A stretch of DNA of 64,000 nt from positions 434,001-498,000 of the forward strand of contig JBLDXI010000066.1 of NCBI GenBank assembly GCA_047495785.1. The letters are read 5' to 3'. The notes beneath the pieces were generated by a model. That model made no database searches. It was not told the DNA's origin and saw nothing but the letters and a program-made list of their open reading frames with translations. Made by a program: the position numbers and the translations under genes. Of this stretch, positions 61,549 through 64,000 are shown piece by piece. This DNA is from Lepidodermella squamata. Taxonomy: Eukaryota > Animalia > Gastrotricha. Each line of letters begins with the position of its first letter. Position 1 is the first letter of the stretch.

Positions 61549-61710
61549 CAGAGTGCGAAGTACAGGGGTGCTGGGGTGTCGCACCCCAGCTCAGGGACTC
61601 CAATCAGAGGAAGGCTGAAAAAACCCCAGGGGGACCCTTTGGTTTCTTCGGCTGGGTCCTTGAATACAAGTAGAAAACACCTAAGCTCCCGGATCCTACT
61701 TCGTACACTG
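61549..61710. mobile_element. MITE, same family as 312-486
   Basis: TSD ACTTCACT at 61541-61548 and 61711-61718. Ends CAGAGTGCGAAGTAC and CCTACTTCGTACACTG. Confidence 0.92.
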
Positions 61711-61907
61711 ACTTCACTCGAGATAATGATAGAAAAAGACGCAATGTCCGTTTTATGTTATTTTATTTCTTCAACTTTCTGTATCTTTCGATAATTTAAT
61801 CAAATCAAATATTGCGTTCTCAAACACTTATTAAATCATCTCATCTCACAACAGCTGTCAGCAGTCACCTCGAGACTAATCACTGAAATTCATGGATGCG
61901 CAGCTCT

Positions 61908-62463
61908 TCAGTTCCTCCTCAATATTGCAGTGACGCCGCTGTAGCTGCTTTGCGAAACCAGCTTAGCGCACTGTTCCTTGTTTGAAAAGTAACAAGCAAA
62001 GCTAGCTCCTTTGTAGCTGTAACGGTATGCAGCGCATTTCACGTCAGACGTCATGACATGCAGTATATTGTCGCATTAGTTTCGCCGAATAGTAGCCGTT
62101 ACAATGTTGTTGAATAGGCTCTCCAGTGTGCGACTTTCAGGGGGGGAGGGGGGGGGGATCATCCCCCCAGCTCGGCCAAGCCAGACAACAAAATGAGAAT
62201 TTATCCCACTGTTTTGTTAATTTTGGAAGGTTCTGGGGCGTGTTTTAGTGGAAAATATCCAAAATTTTCTCGCTTCCTCGCTTCGCTCGGTTATTAGCCG
62301 AAATGACTCGTCATTTTGGCACAAACAGCAAAAAAACATTTCCATCCCCGGGAGCTCGGGCATCGAAGATCACACCCTGAGGCTCTCTCTTTACGGATCC
62401 AGCAGCCGCCTGTTCGATGACGACGCTCACGAGAAGGAAAGTAACAGCGATCTTGTAGAACAT
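61908..62463 (-). pseudogene. Small secreted Cys-containing (PAN/apple-like) protein pseudogene interrupted by a MITE
   Basis: MFYKIAVTFLLVSVVIEQAAAGS signal peptide. After removing the MITE it reads QQHCNGYY...TAC, then after a frameshift KCAAYRYSYKGASFACYFSNKEQCAKL...RRN*. Confidence 0.6.
62124..62379. mobile_element. hAT-type MITE
   Basis: TSD AGGCTCTC at 62116-62123 and 62380-62387. Ends CAGTGTGCGACTTTC and GAAGATCACACCCTG. Confidence 0.88.
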
Positions 62464-63840
62464 GTTTTTGTTCGAGAATTAATAAAAGAGAAATAATGAA
62501 ACCTCCTGACAGAGCAAGATTTGTACAATGCTCCACCCGGCTGATTGAGTTTATTGAACCAGGTGCTCCATATTGAATCTACGTCACATGCTGGTCACTA
62601 GAAGGCGAAAGGGGTAGGCGTAAAGCGCAATGGAAACTCATCGATCAGTTCACTTGACGGTCGCGTAAACTTCGGGCTTGGCATTACACGATGAAAATGA
62701 TAAACAGTTATTACTCATGCCCATCATCACTAGACCATCCATCGCGTATTTGTTGTAACATGTGCTTTGGGATCATTGACGTCATTGACGTGGGACCATC
62801 TACTTAATTGTTGATTTTAACTATTTTACTATTGTTTTGACTTCCCACGATCTGACAACGCCTCTCTGCACGATTTGTTTTTTACATGCACCTTTTTTCC
62901 ACGTAGAGCTCTCAACATTGGGATTATGCTCGATAAATAAATAAATAAATAACGTAAAAGCGCAACTGTTGCAAATATTGCTTTCGGGAAAGCACGTTTT
63001 GTTTGTAATGCCAGAGTCATGGGTAAAACCAAGCTGTGAATGAAGTAGGTTGTTAACCAACCGAATTCCTCCTCACATATATCGCCGACAAAATGAAGTG
63101 GAACTAATCAGTTTTCAAAGGTCAGTATTCACCTTTGCCAGTTATTGCAGCACTTCGCCAGTGTGAGACGTAAGGCTGAGAGGATATCAGGGCGATTTCG
63201 ACCGGTTTGATAACCTTCCAATTGTATCCAGCTCGAAAATATTCGCCTGAAAGCGAATGATTTAAAAACGCTAATCATTCTTCATCTTTTCGCTGCGATT
63301 TGAAATTGCTTTTCTCACGCCCGTGCCCATCAACATGGATCACATCTATTTCGCGCAAAGCGTGAAGTCTGAAGTCTATCTCTCAAATCGTGAATTCAGC
63401 ACCAGCACCAGGCCGTTCAATCTTAGAAGCCATGCTGCTAATACGCAAGAAGAATTCCCAGTCATTCAATCGGCGAAACGGTCTCGGCTCGCGACTTGTT
63501 AGCTGTAACATCCCGTGAAGGATTAAGCCAAGGTCAGATTTAATGTCAGCTTCGTTTATCAATTTAATTGGATCACACATCACACTGTAATTTTATTACG
63601 CAATCTACCAACCGTGCCATAGCATGTGGCAACCAGAGTATAGCGTTCGAGTTAAAATTAGAGTTCAAGCATCGAGCGGAGTACACAAAGCTGAGAGTTA
63701 TAGGTAATAGTGTAAAATCATCATATCCGATCAGGAAACAAAGCCAAGCAAGATATTACTAGCCAGGAGGATTTTGAACAAATAAAATGCGATCCGTCAA
63801 CTCAAAGTGTTATCCCGCTAACACTTGGTACTCATCATTG

Positions 63841-64000
63841 ACCATTAGGCGGAATTTTGAAGGCTCCAAACGACCGAGCAGATGCCTCTTTACTTTTACC
63901 ATTGGGCGGGATTATGAAAGCTCCAAACGACCGAGCAGATGCCTCTTTACTTTTACCATTGGGCGGGATTATAAAAGCTCCAAATGATCGAGCCAATTCC
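63841..64000. repeat. 57-bp tandem repeat, about three copies, reaching the window end
   Basis: ACCATTGGGCGGGATTATGAAAGCTCCAAACGACCGAGCAGATGCCTCTTTACTTTT units start at 63841, 63898 and 63955. Confidence 0.9.

Noticed and set aside
63841-64000. CRISPR array or coding repeat
   Set aside because: Head-to-tail 57-bp minisatellite without spacers; no supporting gene structure.

Overview
Eukaryotic invertebrate genomic DNA, not prokaryotic. It is AT-rich with many GT-AG introns of about 50-60 nt. Temptin-like genes and an NIT-type guanylyl cyclase suggest a spiralian or other marine invertebrate (inference). The six-frame ORFs are mostly exon fragments or antisense shadows, so I rebuilt gene models by hand from splice phases. 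Host genes: a tandem cluster of seven small type-I membrane protein genes/pseudogenes (1-23.6 kb), a degenerate two-TM guanylyl cyclase, a Ly6/three-finger exon, a PAN + 3x CTHRC1-C-like secreted protein, a tetraspanin, a Pro/Lys-repeat protein, two temptin-like genes, a stand-alone prolyl-3-hydroxylase-like enzyme and a Shaw/Kv3-type channel. DNA transposons and MITEs are dense, many with readable TIRs and TSDs. Best leads: (1) a five-exon ORF of about 1006 aa that joins a signal peptide/TM module to an intact, THAP-less P-element transposase through an intron-split 2A-like peptide (LLLRSGD|VQSNPGP); (2) a 3.3-kb element with perfect 14-bp TIRs and an 8-bp TSD that carries a complete five-exon gene for a six-repeat secreted protein; (3) two more cargo-bearing TIR structures; (4) the diversifying receptor cluster.
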